Shown: positions 1 to 11,254 of the stretch, in pieces
Layout of the letters: every line of letters begins with the position of its first letter
How positions within the stretch are numbered: position 1 is the stretch's first letter
Assembly (NCBI GenBank): GCA_025201805.1
Contig: MU619279.1
Location: 1-64,000, forward strand
From: Parasitella parasitica NRRL 2501
Taxonomy: Eukaryota > Fungi > Mucoromycota
Length of the DNA stretch: 64,000 bases
Direction of reading: 5' to 3'
The notes under the pieces: generated by a model
Told to the model about the DNA's origin: nothing
What the model saw: only the letters and a program-made list of their open reading frames with translations
Databases searched by the model: none
Program-made: the position numbers and the translations under genes

Positions 1-407
1 CCAAGTTAGATCATGGTTCTACGGTGATTTTAGCAAAAGTTATGAGCAAATATGTGATATTTATGATAAATATTGAAAAATAAAACTGGTTTTGCTGATA
101 AGTTTGATAGAGACATGCCCAGTGGAAATTAAGATAAATTTGGACAAGTTATGAGTAATTGAGGTTTGATAACTTTATTTAAAAATATGAAGATGTTAGA
201 AGAAAGTTGTGCTTTTCTATTTTTTTGAACTTTTTAACAACGATTCAATGTTCATTTACATCTATGATGATTATTGGTGTGGTTTAGGGCCCAACATAAT
301 TTATGTTATCTCTTATATTCTCTTGACTTCTCTTATTACCGTACACTTCTTCATAAATGTTAATTCCACTCATTTTTTTTATTTCGTTTGATTTAGCATT
401 GTGTTAA

Positions 408-503
408 GTGGGACAGCCCGCTACAGGCGCGAGCTGTGCACCCCTCAATAGAACGAAGGTCGATTATTTTCACCGTAGTTTGGGGGTGTCTAAAAGCTCG
501 TTA
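408..503 (+). ncRNA. Candidate structured RNA or transposon-end scaffold (possible Fanzor omega-RNA-like element; identity unproven)
   Basis: GC-rich island in AT-rich non-coding DNA. Pairings: ACAGC 413-417/GCTGT 433-437 with inner CGC/GCG; GCACCCC 438-444/GGGGTGT 483-489 plus CAA/TTG; AACGA 452-456/TCGTT 498-502; alternative CGAGCT 430-435/AGCTCG 495-500. Confidence 0.3.
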
Positions 504-3204
504 CAATTACATCTACTTTAATTAGTAGTCGCTGTGAATTCCAGAGGGTCACCATTTATTGATGGTGTCCAATACTAGACTCGCGATCCGAGCAATATCT
601 TTATTGACTGATATTTCTATCTTCTGTCTTCAGATGTTAGTCATAATGGCTTTGAATCCGGTATGAAGCTTGTAAAGCAAATATAGTACGAGTTGATGAG
701 TTTTAAGTTAGAACAGTATTTTATTGTACCGATAAAAGCAGACAAGTCCCCTTTGTCTCAGAACTACCTTTATCGCAAATAGTAGTGTAGCCTAGTTCCA
801 AGTAATTGAACTTCTAAACTATCTATTTGTTTGTTGGATCGTACACTCTACAAATGTCTGTGCGTGGGTCTAATTATATACTCTGTATATTATATAATAT
901 GAAAGCAATACATAAATAGCATTGTTTCTATAGAAGTTAATCTGTTCTTTACTCAATGTAAGCTAGCTAGGCTTACATTGAGATTAAGCGCTTGAAACAT
1001 AATGCTTTATATTATTCCTTTTTATTATTTTAACTCGTGCAACTAATTAGTGCTTTAATTTGAATTAGAATATTTGTGTTTTAACTCAATCAACGTACTT
1101 TTAATAGTTTCAATTCTCTTTGTATTTTGACAGCAATAGCTCATCCAAAAATATTGTTAACTTTATTCCGTTATTTTAAATATTTCATACCAAATCATTA
1201 TTAATATAGACACACAACCTTCTCAAATACGACACCACTAAATAGCAACTTTATCTTCGTTTCCTATAAATACCCAACTAAATAAACCTCCTAAAACAAA
1301 AGTTCGTCTTTGCTAAAGTATTATACAATCTTACTGGAATACAAATCTAAATACTTAGATCTAAAGAAAGAGGAACCATTCATAACGAACCATTATATAA
1401 AGCAATTAAAACTATTATTTATAAGGAATTACTCTACTTAGAGGGACCTATCTATTCTTTTACCTACTGAACAGACACTATCTCGAGAGTTATACCCACT
1501 TGAAATAGTCTTTCTGTATTTCTAAACGCATACTTTGTATTTGTGAGACCTATTCCTGAATTATCAGCGAAACTGTCTCCAAAACCCTAAGACTTTACTT
1601 TATTCCTCTAACAAACAACCTACTTAGATCAGTTCGCAACCTACAGCGTAGTGCTCATTGCAAAAAACCTTATAAATCAAACCCAGCCAATACCAAATGA
1701 ATGTTTCAACGCACCAAAAGTAGGAAATCGATAAACAGCAGCGGAGAAATCAACTAAAGAGTTTGAATAATGTCTGCTTTGAGATACTAAAAAGATAAGT
1801 CTGATAGATAATGCGAAACATTTTATTTATTCATGAGCTTTTCTGTAAAAAACATCATCTTTTGTCTGCTTGCTCTTGTACTTCACAAGTCATCCAAGAG
1901 TTCTTTTGGCAGGGTCGGACACTGAAATTGTTGCAAATTTGCAGCCGACTTGACACATTCCTTATAGATACGACTGATGTTGGATATGAGGTCAAGAAGA
2001 AGAAGCGTTTCCTGTAAGTTATTGATGTTCTTTGGCAACTGTACAGAGAATAACTCAACAAACTTGTATATACGAGAAGACATCAACTCCATTGCGTAAA
2101 AATAAATGCACAAACCTTAACACATTTTTTGTTAGATAAGTTTTCAACACGATGACGCAAAACTTACCAATAACTTGAAATCCTATTGTCAATCGAAGAT
2201 TTTTTTCATCAATCTCGTTTTTCATAAAGATGGCCAAGGGATATAAGTCAGTAATAAGGAGCTTAGTGTTGGAACTATAGGCAGAAGTCTTAAGCTCTCC
2301 AAACACAGGAGTAGAGCTGTACTGATAGTGAGTGTACTTATCAACTTTATAGTCAGGACGATTCAAGTCAGTTTGATGAATATTTGAACTAAAGTTTATG
2401 AATCAAATACAGTCAGTTGAAGTTTTCAACATATTAAAGGTATATCTATTTACCAATGGCTGATGTCGTTAGGACTAGAGAAGAGGGATCTTATGACTGG
2501 GTGCACAAAACTGGCCGATAAATGAGCTTCAGATATTGTACGATTTTTTACTGAAATAAGTTCTGGAAATAAATAAACAATTGCCTTAATTGCTCTGGCT
2601 TCATATTGGTCAGCAGTTTTGCAAAGGGCGAGCAGATTGATTGAGAATTCCATTCCTCTTCATCCTCTTCAAACTTATCTATAAACAGATATACAAGTAT
2701 ATATACATTAGTTTCGTAAATGTGTAAAATACATATTCATATATCATTTACATCAATCGCCTCTTTGATTGAAAAATACAAATTTTGATTGAAACTAATC
2801 TTGCCGCTTGTGATTTCAGACTTGGTTGCCTTATGGATCATCTTCAAGTCTTCAGTACTAAAATAGTTCTTGATCAGGCCCTGATGTTGATTGTCTTTTT
2901 GCAAAAATAGAATTCCAGATTAAGCTCTGTGATACACGAGGCATGAGCGAAAAAATTGCGTTATGCTACGTTTAATAATAAACAGAAAAAATGACTTACA
3001 GTAGATCATACAAAGAATTTTCAATTTCTAAATATCCTTGCATTTCCACGAATTTTTCTTTTGCAGAATTTTGGTAAGAGTAAAAGGTTCGACAGACATC
3101 AATATTGTTGATAAGCCATGTTGAACTTTCGCTGGGTGAGCTAATATTCCAATTTTCTATGTTTGTATTTGCATCTTTTATACTTCTTTTGCTTCTTGGT
3201 ACGG

Positions 3205-3345
3205 CTTGGGTTTGTGATGATGATGTCTGGGCTTGTGCTGGTGGTGATGCTTGGGTTTGTGCTGATGATGTCTGATCTTGTGCTGGTGGTGATGCTTGGG
3301 TTTGTGCTGATGATGATGCCTGGGTTTGTGCTGGTGCTGGTGATT
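3205..3345 (-). repeat. Imperfect coding tandem repeat (AQTQASSS/AQTQASPP units)
   Basis: Recurring TGGGTTTGTG(C)TG and TGCTGGTGGTGATGC units; translates in the pseudogene frame as SPAPAQTQASSSAQTQASPPAQDQTSSAQTQASPPAQAQTSSSQTQA. Confidence 0.8.
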
Positions 3346-3733
3346 GTAGGTTTGTATTCTTATAGGTGAAGAAAAGAATGGGAAAGCATACAAGTAACTC
3401 AGTACTTGTTCATAATAGTCCTCTGTATCAAGTACTTACAATAGTCACTTGAGTTCCAGTATTCACGCTATTGGAGACTTTGCAACCAACATAAAGAGTT
3501 TGGGGGGGTATTGATGGGAGATGACTGGTAAAAAGTGATATATTAGTACTGTGCTTCCACTCCCAATTTACCGATTTTTTGAAAACTCCGCCCACTTTTT
3601 TGAATTGTTTTGGACATTTTTGTGAGGCTAAATTGCCCAAAAATTTGAGACTAATTTGACCAGATGTTCGAAGCTAATTTGACCAACTTTTACTTAATTG
3701 AGTTGACCACTTTTTGATAAAATGTAAAAGTGA

Positions 3734-3909
3734 TTATATAGCTTCTTTATTAATGCATTTTGGAAAAATATCGATTGAGTGTTGAATAAAATTTTGTAAA
3801 TGCTCAACGGGAACATCTTCGCTGCCCTCAATAACTCTAGAAGTAAGAGTTTCAACATCACTAAGCTTGCCTCTTTTGACTCTGTCTTTTAAAACTTTCC
3901 AAAACATTT
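3734..3909 (-). CDS. Tc1/IS630-type DDE transposase, C-terminal fragment (5' part lost in gap)
   Basis: Open frame MFWKVLKDRVKRGKLSDVETLTSRVIEGSEDVPVEHLQNFIQHSIDIFPKCINKEAI* matches the (LNPIE)xFWxxLKxxVKR helix region that follows the catalytic Glu of DDE_3 transposases. Confidence 0.8.
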
Positions 3910-4874
3910 NNNNNNNNNNNNNNNNNNNNNNNNNNNNNNNNNNNNNNNNNNNNNNNNNNNNNNNNNNNNNNNNNNNNNNNNNNNNNNNNNNNNNNNNNNN
4001 NNNNNNNNNNNNNNNNNNNNNNNNNNNNNNNNNNNNNNNNNNNNNNNNNNNNNNNNNNNNNNNNNNNNNNNNNNNNNNNNNNNNNNNNNNNNNNNNNNNN
4101 NNNNNNNNNNNNNNNNNNNNNNNNNNNNNNNNNNNNNNNNNNNNNNNNNNNNNNNNNNNNNNNNNNNNNNNNNNNNNNNNNNNNNNNNNNNNNNNNNNNN
4201 NNNNNNNNNNNNNNNNNNNNNNNNNNNNNNNNNNNNNNNNNNNNNNNNNNNNNNNNNNNNNNNNNNNNNNNNNNNNNNNNNNNNNNNNNNNNNNNNNNNN
4301 NNNNNNNNNNNNNNNNNNNNNNNNNNNNNNNNNNNNNNNNNNNNNNNNNNNNNNNNNNNNNNNNNNNNNNNNNNNNNNNNNNNNNNNNNNNNNNNNNNNN
4401 NNNNNNNNNNNNNNNNNNNNNNNNNNNNNNNNNNNNNNNNNNNNNNNNNNNNNNNNNNNNNNNNNNNNNNNNNNNNNNNNNNNNNNNNNNNNNNNNNNNN
4501 NNNNNNNNNNNNNNNNNNNNNNNNNNNNNNNNNNNNNNNNNNNNNNNNNNNNNNNNNNNNNNNNNNNNNNNNNNNNNNNNNNNNNNNNNNNNNNNNNNNN
4601 NNNNNNNNNNNNNNNNNNNNNNNNNNNNNNNNNNNNNNNNNNNNNNNNNNNNNNNNNNNNNNNNNNNNNNNNNNNNNNNNNNNNNNNNNNNNNNNNNNNN
4701 NNNNNNNNNNNNNNNNNNNNNNNNNNNNNNNNNNNNNNNNNNNNNNNNNNNNNNNNNNNNNNNNNNNNNNNNNNNNNNNNNNNNNNNNNNNNNNNNNNNN
4801 NNNNNNNNNNNNNNNNNNNNNNNNNNNNNNNNNNNNNNNNNNNNNNNNNNNNNNNNNNNNNNNNNNNNNNNNNN
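3910..4874. other. Assembly gap (965 N)
   Basis: Run of N within the transposon, consistent with an unresolved multicopy repeat. Confidence 0.99.
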
Positions 4875-5360
4875 TCAAATTTTTGGGCAATTTAGCCTCA
4901 CAAAAATGTCCAAAACAATTCAAAAAAGTGGGCGGAGTTTTCAAAAAATCGGTAAATTGGGAGTGGAAGCACAGTAGGCTATTTTACCACTTCGTTTAGT
5001 TTTACTTACGCGTATATCCTTTCGTTTCATTTTGACAATTTCCTTGATATCATCGGGCACATCTTGATCCTGTAGAATGATGCAGTTCAGGCAATACAAG
5101 AAGGATGCTTGCAAACCCCTTCGTTTTGTCTTGCTGACATCGTTGCCATCATAAAAGCGAATGAAATCTTCTTCTTCCCAATCGGATAAAGGCTTTTCTT
5201 TAAAGTACTTTATATATTTTCAAGTTGAAGTCTGGTCAGACAAGGAATAAAATAAACAATTCAATTTCATTCCAGTTGGCTGACGTCATCATTTTTTTAA
5301 AAATGCACAAGGATAACTTTTTTCATCAAACATTCCTCTACCTACCACTGGCAAACATTA

Positions 5361-5878
5361 ACCAAGGACTAGGAAGCACATCATTATGAATTTCATAATT
5401 TGTGAGTCGACAATAATACGCTTGCATTAAAGGAAATTTGCTTTCGCTTGAAAGTAGATTGGAGATGCTATGTGTGTGTGTCTGCTTGATCTTTGGACTT
5501 GGAAGCTTATCCTAAAGCGTCGACAAACGCTTGCTCTGTTATAGTATTGTTTACCACAAACTTTCTATTAATGGGCGAGATAGTTGGAGATCAATATTGT
5601 CAATGTTATGTTGTTGTTTATCCAGCAAAGAGAAGGGACCAAGGACTAGGAAGCACATCATTATGAATTTCATAATTTGTGAGTCGACAATAATACGCTT
5701 GCACTGAAGGAAATTTGCTTTCGCTTGAAAGTAGATTGGAGATGCTATGTGTGTGTGTCTGCTTGATCTTTGGACTTGGAAGCTTATCATAAAGCGTCGA
5801 CAAACGCTTGCTCTGTTATAGTATTGTTTACCACAAACTTTCTATTAATGGGCGAGATAGTTAGAGATCAATATTGTC
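5361..5878. repeat. Tandem direct duplication of 241 bp (5361-5601 and 5638-5878) with a 36-bp spacer
   Basis: Both copies run from ACCAAGGACTAGGAAGC to TCAATATTGTC at a constant offset of 277 bp, with only a few substitutions. Confidence 0.92.
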
Positions 5879-6680
5879 CTTCTCTCCCAGTGTGTATGAG
5901 GCCTTTTTCTTTCGTCTCATATTGGATTGTTTTGGTTTCTGGCTTGCATTATATCTTGGCTCGACTGACATAATGAATTGATATGGCTCCGTCTTAGTGT
6001 TAAAATTACCCTGTGGTGCTCATCGTTGGTTTGGATGGAAATGCCAAGTATATATTGAACACGCTTGACATTGTAACAAGGTCTCACCAAGAATACTATT
6101 GGAAATAGAAGAGCTTTTGTTGTTATTGGAACACGATCGATATCATTATTGCTGACAATAAGGTAATGTTGAGATTTTCATCGATAAAAACTTGACCAAG
6201 TTTCGTTTTGATCCAAGAGGTTATTGTCTTCTATTTGATGCTAGTCAAGGCTTGGCAAAGAGTGTCTGCAGTACGATATTGAACGACTTGGGAGGAGAGA
6301 GAAAAGCATGTGATTGCAAAGTTAGAAAGTCTAATAAACTTTTAATGCTTGAAACGGCATCTTCAATGCACTTCTCAGCCTGTTTAGAAGGAGCAATAAA
6401 CAAAAGTATAACTAGTGTCTCTTTATAGAAAATTACGATTAAGCACATCATAATAAAGTTGGGAATCTTTATTTGGACGGATTTTTTATAAGCTCAAATG
6501 ATTAACCTAATAGAAGAAACGAGAACTGTGATGCTCTGTGAATAGGAAGGTAATAAAACGAAGTGGGAGTACTTTGAGACTGCGGATACCTGTTTTATTA
6601 TGCGAGAGTTCTATTCTACAGCTGATAGGTGTCATAAATATACAAGTGTAGTAGTTGAAGATTATAAATGGCTTTAGTTA

Positions 6681-6785
6681 TTTGGGCGACAACTTTTACT
6701 AGTTTGGCGACAAACTTTTTTGTCGCCCAAAAATGCTATTTTTTTTTTGGCTTGTCGCCCAGGTATTTATTTTTTTGGCGAGAAG
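6681..6785. repeat. Cluster of GGCGACA/TGTCGCC inverted motifs, probable orphan DNA-transposon end
   Basis: Perfect 12-bp inverted repeat TTTGGGCGACAA 6681-6692 / TTGTCGCCCAAA 6720-6731 plus three further copies of the core (one degenerate). Confidence 0.5.
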
Positions 6786-7036
6786 AAAAATACCTTATAG
6801 TTTATTGTTCTGAGACAATTTTACTATCTAATTGTATATCATCAAATGGCAAAAGAGTCAATGAATATGATCAATAAAGTAATTAGAACAATTATTATTT
6901 ACCCTTGTTTGAGTCATTATGATAGAGCTTGAGGAAAGAAAGGTATGTATTTTATGGCTTCTATAGTTGTTAGGCCTACTTCATACTTTCAATACTGTTT
7001 GATGATAATGATGAGTGACATTGGGATAGGGTTACT

Positions 7037-7415
7037 CTGAACCCAATTGAGCAGTTTCGGGCTCTTGTAAAAGGAAAAATGAAGCGTCATAGGCTAATGG
7101 ACGAAGAGAATCTATCGCAAAGAATTGCAGATGCATGTAACAATGTGCGCGTCAGCGATCTTCGGGGATTCTATGGACACTCTAAGCGCCAGATTATCAA
7201 TTGCTATAATAAAACAAGCTTTTAGTAAGTTCTTCAGTAAGAATTCCAAACAGACATGTTATAATTTTTAAGCGTCAAAATAAAATTTTGAAAACGCCAA
7301 TGATTTGCCAGCAAACCACCAATCACTTTTCGTCTAGCGCCATTTGTTTTTAGAAAACCGCCATTTATTTTTTAGAAATCGCCATTTATTTTTTTGAAAC
7401 AGCCAATATTTACAG
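7037..7415 (+). mobile_element. 5'-truncated Tc1/IS630 transposon: transposase C-terminus plus right end
   Basis: 7037-7225 translates LNPIEQFRALVKGKMKRHRLMDEENLSQRIADACNNVRVSDLRGFYGHSKRQIINCYNKTSF* (LNPIE motif; expected W replaced by R). It is followed by three ~21-bp subterminal repeats CGCCATTT..TTT.GAAA (7338-7400) and a ...TACAG end at 7415. Confidence 0.8.
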
Positions 7416-9248
7416 TGACCGTGGCAGGTAGTTATGCAAATTTATGTCATTATTTCAGTCGATATTCACTGTTGTGTGACATTTGTTATTCACTACTGGC
7501 AAATGCTCGGTAATTTGTTTTTGTATTTCATCTTGAATTAAGACCGTATTTTATCTTTACTATTCGAGTGCAAATACTCAACACGATCAAGTTATGCTCA
7601 GATAGCGATGACATGCCTTTATTAAAAATGCGTAGTTATTGCTCAAGTTCACTGCTGTAGTATTATATTTCAACCATTATTTTTTTTGTCCGTTTTTTAA
7701 TTTGCATTAATGAATACCTGACAAAAATATCGCTAACATTCATCAAACTATTGATTTAAATTAGCATTTGGCCATTTTGTTCATATTTATTACTATTCAG
7801 GACGGACAATCATTTTAATAAGCGTTTATGTATTAACAGAGGGTCCAAACAAAGAATATATTGCTGACGGATGTTACTTTTTTCGACAATAAGCCTTACT
7901 TCACTGTTATATTGTTGTTGTTTTTTGGCTTGAAAAACTAGTAGTTAAGCATTTCACTATACACGACTTTCATAATAGATTGCTTGCCAAATAAGCTAGT
8001 TTTTGACAGCGTTACGAAAAAAAAAAACCAGAGCAATTTGACATTCCTTAAGACTGGTTCAACATAGTAGATGAGGGAACCATTAAAATAGCTAATCATA
8101 TTCTGCTGCATTATTTTGTCAAGTTTTTATTATAGCATCACGTCCAACTGGGAATTCCTATTTCGAACAAATCCTTGCTTTGCCATTTTTGGAGAATGAT
8201 GACTACAGTTAAAGTATCTATAGTTTTGAAACTTATTTTACATTAATTAAACGCTATACCTTAGAGATCTAGCATGTAGCATTTTTAAAACTATGTGTTT
8301 TTATTGATAAGTTTTATGGAGTGAATGGTAGTAGGTCAACTTTATTCGTTATATTCGGTCTGCTTGTAATAACTATAGTGCTGGATACCCCTATTTTCAA
8401 CAATTTTGGAAAGATTTGTAAAATAACTCAGTTGGAACCACGTAAAAAGATAACAACATTAGGCTGAACAAATCAGGAGATAAACATTTAGAGGCACACA
8501 TCTCAGACAAAGATAAAACCAAATAGAAGAAAAAAGGTCTCAGCCTTTGGATATTCTTCATGTATTGTTATTATCAATCAGGTAATGATAATGAAAAGAT
8601 AATCACAAATGGGTATAAGTTTTGCATAATAATTATCAAGATTTTTTGTTTGTTTCAATTGGTTTGTGCGACACTTTTTTGAATGAAAAAGAAAATTTCT
8701 TGTATACACACTCAAAGTTGCACCAAATGCCGAGAAGCAACAGTAGATTGACAGTTTTTGTATTTTGGAAATACAGCTTATTTTGAAGCGAATATCGTCA
8801 AAATTGCAAACATGACAAACTTTATAAATAGTGCATCCCCAAGGATATTGCATATATACATACACACATATGCACATCAATACGCACCGCCTACAATGCC
8901 ATTTTGAACATATTACGCATATCATCCAATCTTTATCACATATTCTTTCAGTGTTGATTGAAACCCAATAGTATCCCTTTTTGCCAGATCTCCCGCTATG
9001 ACCAACCCCTGCTAATAATGACAAAAAAAGAATGCTTTAAAATACATTGAACGAAGATTTGTTGCAAAAAATGGCGGGAAATATAATTTGCATCCGACAA
9101 TTTCTACCGTATTATTGTGTGTGGAACCATATTTATAATACCTGTATTTCTCCCTCTTTTCTTTTCTTCTTTTACTCTTCTTTCTTTTTATATAGCTAAT
9201 ACATATTAGGTGCAAATATATATATATCCACGTTTATAGCAAAAGATT

Positions 9249-11254
9249 ATGGCAGAAACATTTTTCGGTTACATCGAAACAACTCAGGATGCATTGCTTA
9301 TCTTTGAAGGGTGCAGAAGAGGATTGATACCAAGAGTTTCTAGAAGATTGCAAGAAAAAGAAAGACGCACTATAAAATCTGGCTCAGTCTTTGTCTTTGA
9401 TGAAAGTGAATCAGGTAAACTATTATTTGTTTATTTACATTCATGATTATTTTACTACATAACATACGGGAGAGGAAGTAAAGAAGGCAATCTTTTTTCG
9501 ACCACATAAATGCGAAACATCTGAATTACAAAATATTAGGGGCTGACATGAATTTCTGTTCACTAATGCATTTTTTTGCGATTAGGCATTAAAAGATGGA
9601 CAGATGGTCTAGTATGGAGCCCTTCTCGTATTCTTGGCAATTTTTTGATTTACCGTGAACTTGATAAAAGAGTGCCAGGCGACAAAAAATTATCAATTAG
9701 CAGTGCTTCGTCAAATGATGCAAGACAGCGTAGCTATAGTGCAGATCAAAGCGTTACGGGAGTCTCATCTGGAATGTCGACCGATCGTAATCGTGAACGC
9801 CGGCTGGTCGGCAGTCTCTCTGATTCTTATCGTTTCCGTAAGGATGGTCTCATAAAGAAAACAATGTCTATCATCGTTCACGGTGTCGCTCAACATTTGA
9901 TTTCATATTATCTTCCAAATGATATAATTGCAAACAAATTGCGCACTCCTTCCTCTGTGCCTGAATTGGCTAGTTTGGAGATTTCCCCAGACTTACTAGT
10001 TAAACAGAATTTCAGAATTCCTCCCATGGTAGAGCCTTCTTTTGATCAAACCGAAGCCAGTTTAAGCAGCAGCATGAATAACGTAGGAAACCCCATGTCT
10101 GCTGTTGATACAATGTCAAGTCCTTATACAGGTAGGCTTGTTTAATCTCTTGATATGAATATACATCTAACTTAAGAATAGATGATAGACGTTTACATCC
10201 TTTCCGCAGCATGTCGATGGGTTCTCTTCGTACAACGAATAATTACCAAACAAATGGTAGTTTGTCAGCAGCTGGTAGACCTGATATGACCAACGCTTCT
10301 CAACATATGTTATACTCCACTTCATCACTTTCTCAGCGTATGGATATAGACAACAGCAACAAGTTGACAGCTGCTCCCACTAACAACAATAACTTATCCG
10401 CTTATTATGCTAACCAGCAGCATATATCCTCCTTATATAATGGTAGCAATAGCAACATTAATGGATTTCCACCTTTGCCATCACCTTCTAGTATGACTTC
10501 ATCACCCAACACACCCATGTTATCTCCTGTTAGACAAACATTCTCTTCTCAACAGCAACAATCAAGACATTACTCCATGTCATCCAGCTCAACTGGATCC
10601 TTGCCTAGATATAATGCAGGTCGCAATAGCTTCGATATGATATCTTCACCACTAACCACGGCTACAGATACGAGCAATAACAGACCTTCTTCAGTTCACC
10701 CCCATATGATTCCTGAAACCAATCTATATGATCAACGTTTGAAAGATAGTAATAATATGACTATGAACGATGCAACGACGCAAGGATTTTCATCAAGTCC
10801 TAATATAGGTCAATTACTCAACCCTGTTCATCCATTAAACACAAACGGTGGTATTAAATCAGGGACAATGGATAGCAATACTCAATTCTTTCAATCAATG
10901 AGCATTTCGAATGCGACATCAACAGATTATTCTGAATATTCTAGTAACAATACTCTAACACCTGCTAACTCAACAAACAACAGTAAATCGTCAACATTTG
11001 ATGGATCCAGACTAGCATCTCTCAGCGACAGTGATTTGCAACAGCAACAGTCATCGAATAACTTTTATGGCGGGAATTACTACTATCAAAGACCACAGCA
11101 GCAACAGCCATTGACTAATACCCATGCACCACTCTCCAATGAAGACATTACTCCAATGTTTCGCAACGGAACGACACTCCCACCATCCTCTTCAATGTAC
11201 AACGATAAGCAAAATGGGCCGGAACTCGGAACGGAGCTGTTGATACTGAAATAA
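9249..11254 (+). CDS. Gti1/Pac2 (WOPR-domain) transcription factor, 3 exons
   Basis: ETFFGYIETTQDALLIFEGCRRG, RRLQEKER, IKSGSVFVFDESESG/IKRWTDGLVWSPSRILGNFLIYRE, GLIKKTMS and HLISYY are WOPR hallmarks. S/N/Q-rich C-terminal tail. Introns at ~9416-9587 and ~10132-10181. Confidence 0.93.

Larger units (their letters stand above)
3549..4974 (-). mobile_element. Tc1/mariner (IS630-Tc1-mariner) DNA transposon, interior mostly in an assembly gap
   Basis: 3549-3648 is the exact reverse complement of 4875-4974 (at least 100 bp TIR, starting CTGTGCTTCCACTCCC). TA flanks at 3547-3548 and 4975-4976. Transposase C-terminus lies inside. Confidence 0.92.
1883..5210 (-). pseudogene. Multi-exon pseudogene of a hypothetical protein with a C-terminal PD-(D/E)xK nuclease-like motif, interrupted by a Tc1 element
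   Basis: Exons joined by GTAAG/GTAAA...AG introns: KYFKEKPLSDWEEEDFIRFY (~5210-5011); ~3524-3440; a Q/A/S/P/T repeat exon ending ENSLYDL (~3360-3001); SGILFLQ; SEAHLSASFVHPVIRSLFS; RPDYKVD...FGELK...DLYPLAIFMK...GFQVIG; FVELFSVQLP. Disabling lesions: in-frame TAA at 2920-2922 and an apparent +1 frameshift in the G7 run at 3502-3508. Confidence 0.65.

Noticed and set aside
510-1800. AT-rich sequence that may be old mobile-element debris
   Set aside because: No recognisable protein motif, LTR or TIR by eye.
3178-3393. His-rich ORF (HQHKPRHHH repeats) resembling a metal-binding peptide
   Set aside because: Alternative frame of the pseudogene's Q/A/S/P/T repeat exon; it starts inside an intron with a non-ATG codon.
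3867-4944. Two ~350-aa ORFs in the ORF track
   Set aside because: Artefacts of translating the N gap.
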